Origin: an uncultured virus (IMG/VR IMGVR_UViG_3300045596_000200)
Taxonomy: Duplodnaviria; Heunggongvirae; Uroviricota; Caudoviricetes
DNA length: 20,000 nt
Strand: one strand, 5' to 3'
Virus record (IMG/VR): IMGVR_UViG_3300045596_000200
Below the pieces are notes generated by a model, which worked only from the letters and a program-made list of their open reading frames with translations, had not been told where the DNA came from and made no database searches. A program made the position numbers and the translations under genes. Positions 1-8,074 of this stretch are shown here, one piece after another. How positions within the stretch are numbered: position 1 is the first letter of the stretch; each line of letters begins with the position of its first letter.

Positions 1-1923
1 ATCATGAGCTACGGCATGGCATGGGCGGGCTCCGCCCCCGGGCCCGTGTCCCCGAAGGACTGGCTGGACGGCATCTACGACTACGCATCCCGCGTCATGA
101 CACCGGACAAGGTGTTCATGGGGCTTCCCGCCTACGGATGGAACTGGCAGATCCACGACACGCCGGAGAACCTCGGCGATACCTACCGGGGCGTCTCCAA
201 CACCTACTACGCGGCGAAGAACTGGATGACCGGCAAGTACAATTTCACGGACGACAAGCCGCCGCAGCCGTTCATCCCGATCCTCGCGTACTGGGACGAC
301 TACAACAAGGTGCCCTACGCCTTCCCGCAGGTCTACGACTTCATGGAAGGCCGCGACGCCACAAGCTACGAGTACCCGCAGCTGAACGGCACCTACAACC
401 GGCATCATTACCTGACCGCCTACGGCAAGCAGCAGAAAGCCACGTTCGGCACAATCTACGCGGACCACGACGGGACGCCGGACAGCCACTCCGGCATCGT
501 CTCCAGCGAAAACGGCATCGCCGTCATGGGCGACGCGGGGAGCGCGGCCTACCGCTTCACCGTCCCGTCCTCCAGAACCTACGACATCGCGGTGCGCCTC
601 TGCTATCCCTTCTGGGACAAGAACGGCATCTACGTGTCGATCGACGGAACCAGGAAACATTTCGCGGAGTCCCGCCTGTGGTGGCCATACTGGAGAAGCA
701 CCTTCTGGGCGAGCCTCGCGAACGGGATCACGCTTTCCGCCGGGTCGCACACCATCACGGTGTCGGTCGACGTGAAGGGCGTGCAGTTCCACGGGTTCCG
801 CGTCTGCTCCGCTTTTTCCGAAGCGCCGTCCGCCGGGTCCGCGTCCTTCACGCTCTCTCCCCGGAAGCTCATCGACGTTAACGGGAACGAATGCCAACCG
901 GACAAAGGCTTCAAGCTCACGGCCGAGGTGCTCCGCAGGAAACCCGACTCCGCCCTCATCTGGTACGCGGACTTCGAGGACTACGGCATGCTCGACACCG
1001 GCTACTGGCAGACCCTGTCCGGCTCGTGGAAGATCTGGCGGGAGGACGACCACTCCGAGGAGCGCGTCTACTCGCAGCTTGACGGAAGAGGGAAATTCGC
1101 ATGGAACTACGACGGCTTCCGCGACATCCACCTTCGGGCGCGCCTCGCGTTCCCCTCCGGAAGCACCGGACGCGCCGGGGTCTTCTGCGGAAGCCTGTTC
1201 TGCTGCCTCGACTATGACACGCAGGCCGTGGAACTCTGGGACGGCAGCACGAAACTCGGAAGCTACAGCCAGAGCATCAGCCAGACAAGAACGGCCGACC
1301 TCAGGACCGCCCCCACGATGTACACCATCGAGATGCGGATCCGGGGAAACACGGTGCGCGTCTATTCCGGCGCGTCCTCCACGCTCCGCTTCACCGTGAG
1401 CACCAGCGGATTCACCGGCGGCGAGGCAGGATACCAGAGCGACAACCGGACCGTGTGCGAGCTTCTCCGCATGGGCGACGCATGGACCTACGAGCCATAC
1501 GAGCGCTTCGACGTCACATTCCCGGACGGCACCGTAACGCAGTATGGCAGGATCGGCCGCACGGACTGCATATGGGACGACGAGTTCCAGGTGTTCACGC
1601 TGACCTCCGACGTGGAGGAACCCGCCACGAGAAGCGAATCCATCTCCATGGACTACGAGTTCTACCACTCGGCGCAGCTCGCCCTCGAATGCGGAAGCGA
1701 CTACACGATTACCGTCACGCCACGGGACATCAACATCTGGCTGTCACGCCTGTTCCTCGGGGACGCGGACGGATTCTCGATCCTCTACTACCAGGACGTG
1801 GACTCGCTCGTCTACTGGGCGAACCAGGCGGCCTACCGGTGGAGGCTCCGCGGGATCGCGATCTGGTCCCTCGGACAGGAGGACCTGAGGCTCTGGGAGG
1901 CGCTCCCAAGGCAAACCGGATAA
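1..1923 (+). CDS. Phage GH18-like (YaaH/SleL-type) glycosyl hydrolase / tail-associated protein with a large beta-rich insert; 5'-partial
   Basis: Frame is open from base 1. GH18-like segments IMSYGMAW..PGPVSP and KVFMGLPAYGWNW at the start, and YYQDVDSL..LRGIAIWSLGQED at the end. Lies immediately upstream of the holin. Confidence 0.75.
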   Translation: MMSYGMAWAGSAPGPVSPKDWLDGIYDYASRVMTPDKVFMGLPAYGWNWQIHDTPENLGDTYRGVSNTYYAAKNWMTGKYNFTDDKPPQPFIPILAYWDDYNKVPYAFPQVYDFMEGRDATSYEYPQLNGTYNRHHYLTAYGKQQKATFGTIYADHDGTPDSHSGIVSSENGIAVMGDAGSAAYRFTVPSSRTYDIAVRLCYPFWDKNGIYVSIDGTRKHFAESRLWWPYWRSTFWASLANGITLSAGSHTITVSVDVKGVQFHGFRVCSAFSEAPSAGSASFTLSPRKLIDVNGNECQPDKGFKLTAEVLRRKPDSALIWYADFEDYGMLDTGYWQTLSGSWKIWREDDHSEERVYSQLDGRGKFAWNYDGFRDIHLRARLAFPSGSTGRAGVFCGSLFCCLDYDTQAVELWDGSTKLGSYSQSISQTRTADLRTAPTMYTIEMRIRGNTVRVYSGASSTLRFTVSTSGFTGGEAGYQSDNRTVCELLRMGDAWTYEPYERFDVTFPDGTVTQYGRIGRTDCIWDDEFQVFTLTSDVEEPATRSESISMDYEFYHSAQLALECGSDYTITVTPRDINIWLSRLFLGDADGFSILYYQDVDSLVYWANQAAYRWRLRGIAIWSLGQEDLRLWEALPRQTG

Positions 1924-1947
1924 CGGAATACGGATACCAGCACCCAT

Positions 1948-1979
1948 GGCTGCCCGCGACCGCGCGGACGGCCTTTTTT
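1948..1979 (+). terminator. Putative intrinsic terminator between the tail gene and the lysis module
   Basis: Imperfect stem ggctgcccgcg/cgcggacggcc followed by tttttt. Confidence 0.5.
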
Positions 1980-2007
1980 CATGCCAATTTTCAAAGGAGG
2001 TCTACAC

Positions 2008-2421
2008 ATGAAGGAATTCTGGTCAATCATCCAGCTCATCTTCGCCGGAATCGGCGGATGGCTCGGCTACTTCCTCGGAGGCTGCGACGGGCTCCTTGTA
2101 GCGCTCATCATCTTCGTGGTCTGCGACTACATCACCGGCGTGCTGTGCGCCATCTCCGACAGGAAGCTCTCAAGCGCCGTCGGATTCAAAGGGATCTATC
2201 GCAAAATGCTGATCTTCATCCTGGTCGGCATCGCCAACATCCTCGACATCCACGTGCTCGGCCACGAAGGGGTCCTGAGGACGGCGGCCATCTTCTTCTA
2301 CATCTCGAACGAAGGGCTCTCCCTCACCGAGAACGCCGCACACCTCGGCCTTCCGATACCGGAGAAGCTCAAAAACGCACTGGAACAACTGCACGACAGA
2401 AACGACAAGGAGGAACAATAA
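2008..2421 (+). CDS. Phage holin (toxin secretion/phage lysis holin family)
   Basis: RBS AAAGGAGG before ATG 2008. Hydrophobic protein with the motifs DYITG, LSSAVGFKGI and FFYISNEGLSLTENAAHLGLPIP. Directly upstream of the endolysin. Confidence 0.93.
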   Translation: MKEFWSIIQLIFAGIGGWLGYFLGGCDGLLVALIIFVVCDYITGVLCAISDRKLSSAVGFKGIYRKMLIFILVGIANILDIHVLGHEGVLRTAAIFFYISNEGLSLTENAAHLGLPIPEKLKNALEQLHDRNDKEEQ

Positions 2422-2422
2422 C

Positions 2423-3391
2423 ATGGCCATCAAAGGAATCGACGTAAGCCACTGGCAGGGAAACATCGACTGGGCGAAGGCAAAGGCGTCCGGTGTCCGG
2501 TTCGCCATTATCAAGGCCGGAGGCTCGGATGACGGATTCTACACGGACAGCAAATGGGAGGCCAATTACAAGGATGCGAAGGCGAACGGCATCGCGGTCG
2601 GGGCCTACTACTTCGTCGGCCCGAAATGCGTAAACGCCACCGCCGGGAAAGCGGACGCCGAAAGGTTCATCCAGCTCCTCAAAGGCAAGCAGCTCGAATA
2701 CCCGGTGTTCATGGACAACGAGGCGCAGCCCGCCTCGGCGAAGGCCGGGATCACGGAGGCGACGATCGCCTTCTGCGAGACGATGGAGGCCGCCGGATAC
2801 TTCGTCGGCATCTACGGCTCCACAAATTCCGGGTTCCGCGAGAGGATGGACGACTCCAAGCTCACCGCATACACCCACTGGGTCGCGCAGTACGCTTCGA
2901 AATGCACCTACGCCGGATCCTACGGCATCTGGCAGTATTCCTCCACGGGACGCGTAAGCGGCATCAACGGAAACGTCGACATGGACCTGTCCTACGTGGA
3001 CTACCCGTCCGCGATCAAGAACGGCGGCTTCAACGGATACGCGAAAGGCACGACGACCGGCGGCACCCCGGCGGCAACGCCCGCGAAGAAGCCCGTGGAC
3101 GAGATCGCCTCCGAGGTGATCGCCGGGAAATGGGGAAACGGAGACAACCGAAGGAACAGGCTCACCGCCGCCGGATACGACTACAACGCCGTGCAGGCAA
3201 AGGTTAACGAGAAGCTAGGGGCATCCGCCGCCAAGCCATCCGCCGCCTACCACACGGTGAAGCGCGGCGACACGCTCTCGGCCATCGCAAGCAGGTACGG
3301 CACAAGCGTCTCTGCCATCCAGAAGCTCAACGGCTCGCTCATCAGGAACGTGAACCTCATCCAGATCGGCTGGAAGATCCGCGTGAAATGA
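2423..3391 (+). CDS. Endolysin: GH25 muramidase, Cpl-7 domain and LysM domain
   Basis: GIDVSHWQG and D-x-E (MDNE) of GH25, WQYSS. Cpl-7-like segment EIASEVIAGKWGNGDNRRNRLTAAGYDY. LysM segment HTVKRGDTLSAIASRYGTSV. RBS AGGAGG. Confidence 0.93.
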   Translation: MAIKGIDVSHWQGNIDWAKAKASGVRFAIIKAGGSDDGFYTDSKWEANYKDAKANGIAVGAYYFVGPKCVNATAGKADAERFIQLLKGKQLEYPVFMDNEAQPASAKAGITEATIAFCETMEAAGYFVGIYGSTNSGFRERMDDSKLTAYTHWVAQYASKCTYAGSYGIWQYSSTGRVSGINGNVDMDLSYVDYPSAIKNGGFNGYAKGTTTGGTPAATPAKKPVDEIASEVIAGKWGNGDNRRNRLTAAGYDYNAVQAKVNEKLGASAAKPSAAYHTVKRGDTLSAIASRYGTSVSAIQKLNGSLIRNVNLIQIGWKIRVK

Positions 3392-3407
3392 CCATCCACA
3401 CCCGTAC

Positions 3408-3450
3408 GCCCGCAGGCGTTCCCTCGTCGGAATGCCTGCGGGCCTTTTTT
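3408..3450 (+). terminator. Rho-independent terminator after the endolysin
   Basis: 15-bp stem gcccgcaggcgttcc/ggaatgcctgcgggc (one G-U pair), 6-nt loop, then a T6 tract. Confidence 0.85.
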
Positions 3451-3505
3451 GTTTCCGCTCAAACCCCGGTCCTTTCTCCAGTGGAAAGCGACGGGAGGTG
3501 TTTTC

Positions 3506-3928
3506 ATGAACACAGAGCAAAAAGAACAAATACGCAGCCTCCGCAAAGAAGGACACGGATATGCCGCGATAGCCCGTGCGCTCGGGCTCACCAAAAGCCA
3601 GGTATCGGCCTACTGCAGACGAAACGACCTCGCCGGAAGGCTCGCCGATCCCGATGGAGGGAACACGCCGGGCCAGTCATACTGCCAATGCTGCGGGAAA
3701 CCTCTCACGCAGCGACCCGGTCGGAAGGAAGCGAGGTTCTGCTCCGACGCCTGCCGCCTCAGATGGTGGAACAGCCACCCCGGCGACATCAACAGGAAGG
3801 CGTTCTACACATTCACCTGCGCCTGCTGCGGGAAACCCTTCACGGCCTATGGAAACCGCCACCGCAAGTACTGCTCCCACGTCTGCTACATCCAGGACCG
3901 GTTCAAAGGGGGTGACGGGCATGACTGA
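3506..3928 (+). CDS. HTH plus double zinc-finger DNA-binding protein of the integration module
   Basis: RBS GGGAGG. N-terminal HTH (GYAAIARALGLTKSQVSAY) and two CxxC…CSxxC fingers (CQCCGK..FCSDAC and CACCGK..YCSHVC). Confidence 0.8.
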   Translation: MNTEQKEQIRSLRKEGHGYAAIARALGLTKSQVSAYCRRNDLAGRLADPDGGNTPGQSYCQCCGKPLTQRPGRKEARFCSDACRLRWWNSHPGDINRKAFYTFTCACCGKPFTAYGNRHRKYCSHVCYIQDRFKGGDGHD

Positions 3929-4085
3929 CGAGCAGTTCGAACGCGAAAAACTCTATCAGGCCAGCATGGAGATGTTCCGCGCGATGCTGGGGCAGGGGCT
4001 CGTCACCGAGGAGGAATACGCGGTCATCGATGCCAGAATGCGCGAGAAATACAGCCCGGTGATCGGCACACTGTCACCCCGGTAG
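3921..4085 (+). CDS. Small SHOCT-like protein (54 aa), possible recombination accessory factor
   Basis: MTDEQFEREKLY…MLGQGLVTEEEY (SHOCT-like GxxTEEEY). Its start overlaps the end of the upstream gene and it precedes the recombinases. Confidence 0.7.
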   Translation: MTDEQFEREKLYQASMEMFRAMLGQGLVTEEEYAVIDARMREKYSPVIGTLSPR

Positions 4086-4088
4086 CAC

Positions 4089-4119
4089 TTGCTATGTGTC
4101 TGTTTCAGAGTGATATATG
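4089..4119 (+). promoter_or_regulatory. Putative sigma70-type promoter for the recombinase pair
   Basis: TTGCTA at 4089-4094 and TG-a-TATATG at 4111-4119, upstream of RBS GAAAGGAG. Confidence 0.4.
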
Positions 4120-4142
4120 GACGAGACGAAAGGAGTGATACC

Positions 4143-5936
4143 ATGCCGAAAATCACAAAGATAGAGCCAAAGGTCAAGGCTCTTCCGGCGCGGAAAAAGG
4201 TGGCGGCATACGCCCGCGTGTCCATGGAGACCGAACGGCTTCACCACTCCCTCTCCGCGCAGATAAGCTATTACTCGGAGCTGATCCAGAAGAACCCGGA
4301 ATGGCGATACGCAGGCGTCTACGCCGATGAAGGCATCAGCGGCACCGGCACGGCGAGACGCCCGGAATTCCAGAGAATGCTCGAGGACTGCGAGGCCGGG
4401 AAAATCGACATCGTCCTCACCAAGAGCATATCGCGGTTCGCCCGGAACACGGTCGACCTTCTGGAGGCCGTCCGGCATCTCAAGGACCTGGGCATCGAGG
4501 TTCGGTTCGAGAAGGAACACATCAATTCGCTGTCCGGCGACGGCGAGGTCATGCTGACACTGCTCGCCTCGTTCGCACAATCCGAATCCGAGAGCATCTC
4601 CACCAATGTGAAATGGGGAATCCGAAAGCGCATGCAGGCAGGCATTCCATACGCCAACGGCCACATGAACGTGTACGGCTACCGGTGGGAAGGTGACGAG
4701 ATGGTCATCGTCCCTGAGGAGGCCGCGATCGTGCGGCGCATCTACCAGAACTTCCTTGACGGGAAATCCCGGCAGGAAACAGAGAAGGAGTTCGCCGCCG
4801 AAGGCATCAAGACCAGAGGCGGCTACCGTTGGGTGGATTCCAACCTGAAGCTGATCCTCACGAACGTCACCTATACCGGCAACATGCTCTACCAGAAGGA
4901 ATACGTCTCCGATCCCATCACCGGAAAGGTCAAGAAGAACCACGGCGAGCTGCAGCAATACTACGTGGAGAACACGCATCCCGCCATCATCGACAAAGAG
5001 ACATTCGACTACGTACAGGCTGAGATGGCACGGCGCAGGGAGCTCGGCTGCTTTGGCAACAAAGCGCTCACGCTCAACTGCTTCTCCACGAAAATCAAAT
5101 GCGGACTGTGCGGACGGAGCTTCGTCCGTTCCACAAGAACAAACCGCGCAAAGATGAGCCTGCTCGGCGAGAAATATACCTTCTGGGCCTGCACATCCCA
5201 TAAAAGGAACAACTGCCCGTATTGCAAGAGCGGAACCATCCGCGAGGACGTACTGAAAGAGGAATGCGCCCGGATGCTCGGAACACCGGAATTCGACGAG
5301 GATGCCTTCAGCGAACGCGTGAAGCAGATCACCATACCCGAGGCCGGGACCATGATCTTCGAGTTCACGGACGGAAGCACTCTTGAACACCACTGGTACC
5401 GGAACGCGAAAAAGGAAAGCTGGACGGACGCTCACAGGAAAAGAGCCTCCGAATACAGGAAACGGCATCCGACGACCCGCAGCGACATCACCTGCTTCAC
5501 CACGAAGATCCGATGCGAGGAATGCGACTGCAACTACCGCAAGCAGACCACGACCATGGCAGACGGACATAAAAACGCCTACTGGTCATGCGCCGACAAG
5601 AAAACGCATCCCGGGAAAAGCCTGCGTGAGGATCATCTGAAGGAAATCATCGCACAGGTGCTGGGTCTTGAGGAATTCGGCGAGGAAGCATTCAAGGAAC
5701 GCATCGACTTCATCTCGGTCCGTGGGCTGACGCATCTTACATTCCATCTCAAAGATGGCTCGACTGTCAAACGCGACTACGAATTCCGTAAGGAAGGCAT
5801 CCCATGGACGGACGAGCGCCGCGAAAAGCAGACCAAAGCCATCCGGGATAGCCTCACGCCGGAACGCAGGCAGAAAACCAGCGAAAGTACGAAGAAAACA
5901 AGGAGTGAGAAACATTGGGACAGCAAAAGAAAGTGA
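4143..5936 (+). CDS. Large serine recombinase 1, with a duplicated zinc-ribbon module
   Basis: VAAYARVS (catalytic Ser), YADEGISGT, TKSISRFARNT, recombinase domain, and two Zn-ribbon-like segments (KIKCGLCG, KIRCEECD). RBS GAAAGGAG before ATG 4143. Confidence 0.93.
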   Translation: MPKITKIEPKVKALPARKKVAAYARVSMETERLHHSLSAQISYYSELIQKNPEWRYAGVYADEGISGTGTARRPEFQRMLEDCEAGKIDIVLTKSISRFARNTVDLLEAVRHLKDLGIEVRFEKEHINSLSGDGEVMLTLLASFAQSESESISTNVKWGIRKRMQAGIPYANGHMNVYGYRWEGDEMVIVPEEAAIVRRIYQNFLDGKSRQETEKEFAAEGIKTRGGYRWVDSNLKLILTNVTYTGNMLYQKEYVSDPITGKVKKNHGELQQYYVENTHPAIIDKETFDYVQAEMARRRELGCFGNKALTLNCFSTKIKCGLCGRSFVRSTRTNRAKMSLLGEKYTFWACTSHKRNNCPYCKSGTIREDVLKEECARMLGTPEFDEDAFSERVKQITIPEAGTMIFEFTDGSTLEHHWYRNAKKESWTDAHRKRASEYRKRHPTTRSDITCFTTKIRCEECDCNYRKQTTTMADGHKNAYWSCADKKTHPGKSLREDHLKEIIAQVLGLEEFGEEAFKERIDFISVRGLTHLTFHLKDGSTVKRDYEFRKEGIPWTDERREKQTKAIRDSLTPERRQKTSESTKKTRSEKHWDSKRK

Positions 5937-7498
5937 CCACGATCCCGGCGTCCCGTACGCGCTTTTCCTCCACTCCCATCACCGAGAAGAAAAAACGCAG
6001 GGTCGCCGGATACGCCCGCGTCTCGACCGACCATGACGACCAGTTCACCAGCTACGAGGCGCAGATCGACTACTACACGAACTACATCAAATCCCGTGAC
6101 GACTGGGAGTTCGTGAACGTCTACACGGACGAGGGAATCAGCGGAACCGGCATCAAGAAGCGTATTGGCTTCCAGAGCATGGTCGAGGACGCCCTCGACG
6201 GAAAGATCGACCTCATCGTCACCAAGTCCGTCAGCCGATTCGCCAGAAACACCGTGGACAGCCTGACCACGATCCGCAAGCTCAAGGATCATGGCGTCGA
6301 GTGCTATTTTGAGAAGGAGAACATCTGGACGTTCGACGGCAAGGGCGAGCTTCTCATCACGATCATGAGCTCCCTCGCGCAGGAGGAATCCCGCAGCATT
6401 TCGGAGAACTGCACCTGGGGCCAGCGGAAACGTTTCGCGGACGGCAAGGTGACGGTCCCGTTCAACCGGTTCCTCGGATACGACCGCGGCCCGAACGGGG
6501 AACTCGTCCTAAACGAGAAGGAAGCCGAGACCGTGAAACGCATTTACCGAATGTTCCTTCAGGGCATGACCTACAACGGGATCGCCAAGAAGCTGGCCGC
6601 GGACGGCATCAAGACGCCGGGCGGCAAGAACAATTGGAGCATCAGCACCGTCAGATCCATCCTCTCCAACGAGAAATACAAGGGCGACGCCCTATTGCAG
6701 AAGTCCTACACCGTCGACTACCTGACGAAGAAGACGAAGGTCAACGAGGGCGAGATCCCGCAATACTACGTGGAGGGCGACCACGAGGCCATCATCCCTC
6801 CGGAGACCTTCGACATGGTCCAGCGCGAGATGGAGAACCGCGGCAAGGGGAAGAAATACCACAGCGGCGTACACCAGTTCTCCAGCAAGATCCGGTGCGG
6901 AGAGTGCGGCTCCTTCTACGGCTCGAAGGTCTGGCACTCGAACGACAAATACCGTAAGGTCATCTGGCACTGCAACCACAAGTACGACCACGGGGAGAAA
7001 TGCAGAACACCTGCCTTGACGGACGACGAGGTGAAGGCCGCCTTCCTGTCAGCCGCGAACAAGCTCCTCGCCTCGAAAGCCGAGGTCATCTCCAACGGCA
7101 AGGAGATGCTTGGACTGCTCTTCCAGACCAACGAGATGGAGCAGAAACGCGAGCGTCTGATCGAGGACGCGCAGATCGTCGCCGACGCCGGCCAACAGAA
7201 CATCACGGAGAACGCCCACACCGCGCTCGACCAGACCGACTACCAGAAACGCTACGACGACCTTTCCGCCCGGTACGACAAGCTCAAGAAGGAAATCACT
7301 GAGCTGAGCGACAGGATACAGGAAACGCAGTCCCGGAAAGCCGGTGTCGAGGACTTCCTCAAGGCATTCGAGAAAACGCCCGGCACCCTGACGGAATTCT
7401 CCGTCGACGCCTTCAACGGACTGGTCGACCATCTCACCGTCCATGCCAAGGACGACATACGCGTGACCTTCCGGAACGGACAGGAAATCAAGGCATAA
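5915..7498 (+). CDS. Large serine recombinase 2 (serine integrase)
   Basis: VAGYARVST, YTDEGISGT, TKSVSRFARNT, Zn ribbon KIRCGECG..WHC and a coiled-coil C-terminus. TTG start with RBS AGGAG, overlapping recombinase 1 by 22 nt. Confidence 0.93.
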   Translation: MGQQKKVTTIPASRTRFSSTPITEKKKRRVAGYARVSTDHDDQFTSYEAQIDYYTNYIKSRDDWEFVNVYTDEGISGTGIKKRIGFQSMVEDALDGKIDLIVTKSVSRFARNTVDSLTTIRKLKDHGVECYFEKENIWTFDGKGELLITIMSSLAQEESRSISENCTWGQRKRFADGKVTVPFNRFLGYDRGPNGELVLNEKEAETVKRIYRMFLQGMTYNGIAKKLAADGIKTPGGKNNWSISTVRSILSNEKYKGDALLQKSYTVDYLTKKTKVNEGEIPQYYVEGDHEAIIPPETFDMVQREMENRGKGKKYHSGVHQFSSKIRCGECGSFYGSKVWHSNDKYRKVIWHCNHKYDHGEKCRTPALTDDEVKAAFLSAANKLLASKAEVISNGKEMLGLLFQTNEMEQKRERLIEDAQIVADAGQQNITENAHTALDQTDYQKRYDDLSARYDKLKKEITELSDRIQETQSRKAGVEDFLKAFEKTPGTLTEFSVDAFNGLVDHLTVHAKDDIRVTFRNGQEIKA

Positions 7499-7991
7499 GA
7501 ACAGCCTGGCTATCGAGCAAAGAGTGCCGATGGCCAGACTGTTCTCCGTCTATTGCAAAAACGTGAAATATGGCATCTGATCTTCGTGATCTGATGTCAG
7601 ACCGATACAATCCAAAGCTGAATCTCCTGAGAAGCCTGGCGTAAGCCTCCAAATTATAAGACTCGTCTAAGCTCAGAATCAGGTAACGTTCCCCGCCGTC
7701 TACTATCCAGGAATCGGCCCTGTGATAACCATTCCTCTCATAGAACGCGAGCCGCCTCTCCCGCTGCACAGCATTGACGGCCTTTGGGTCAGGCATTTCG
7801 ACGTTCAGGAAAACATCCTCTCTGCGATAAGTGCCGTAGCATTCAAGAATCTGCTTGCCTATGGCTTCCGGATTGCAGTTGTATGCCCGATGCAGGAGGT
7901 ACACGAAATCCGGTGTGATGATACGGCTGTGATTCTTGTCGTAGAGATACCGCCGATACTCCTCATACTGTTTATTCGTGATGCTGTGCAT
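7488..7991 (-). CDS. Hypothetical protein with a partial GNAT acetyltransferase-like C-terminal half (possibly chimeric cargo)
   Basis: Likely start MHSITNKQYEEY after AAGGG. Segment IGKQILE…LNVEMPD…QRERRLAFYERNGY resembles the GNAT motif A/B region. More AT-rich than neighbouring genes. Confidence 0.55.
   Translation of the reverse strand: MHSITNKQYEEYRRYLYDKNHSRIITPDFVYLLHRAYNCNPEAIGKQILECYGTYRREDVFLNVEMPDPKAVNAVQRERRLAFYERNGYHRADSWIVDGGERYLILSLDESYNLEAYARLLRRFSFGLYRSDIRSRRSDAIFHVFAIDGEQSGHRHSLLDSQAVLMP
7498..7545. terminator. Long hairpin between convergent genes
   Basis: agaacagcctggctatcg / cgatggccagactgttct, a 16/18 inverted repeat directly at the recombinase 2 stop. Confidence 0.6.
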
Positions 7992-8040
7992 GCGCTTTTC
8001 CCTTATATACAAAAATTCGCCGGTCATGTAACCGACGTTC

Positions 8041-8074
8041 AAAGCGACACCCCTGAATGAAAACCGACACCCCT
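8041..8074 (+). repeat. Direct repeat AAA(G/C)CGACACCCCT, two copies with 20-bp period, near the prophage end
   Basis: aaagcgacacccct at 8041-8054 and aaaccgacacccct at 8061-8074. Confidence 0.8.

Noticed and set aside
21..3207. Arg/Pro-rich alternate-frame ORFs (21-881, 1455-2447, 2554-3207)
   Set aside because: Off-frame products of GC-rich genes that overlap well-supported CDSs.
4092..5570. 492-aa minus-strand ORF
   Set aside because: Antisense shadow of recombinase 1.
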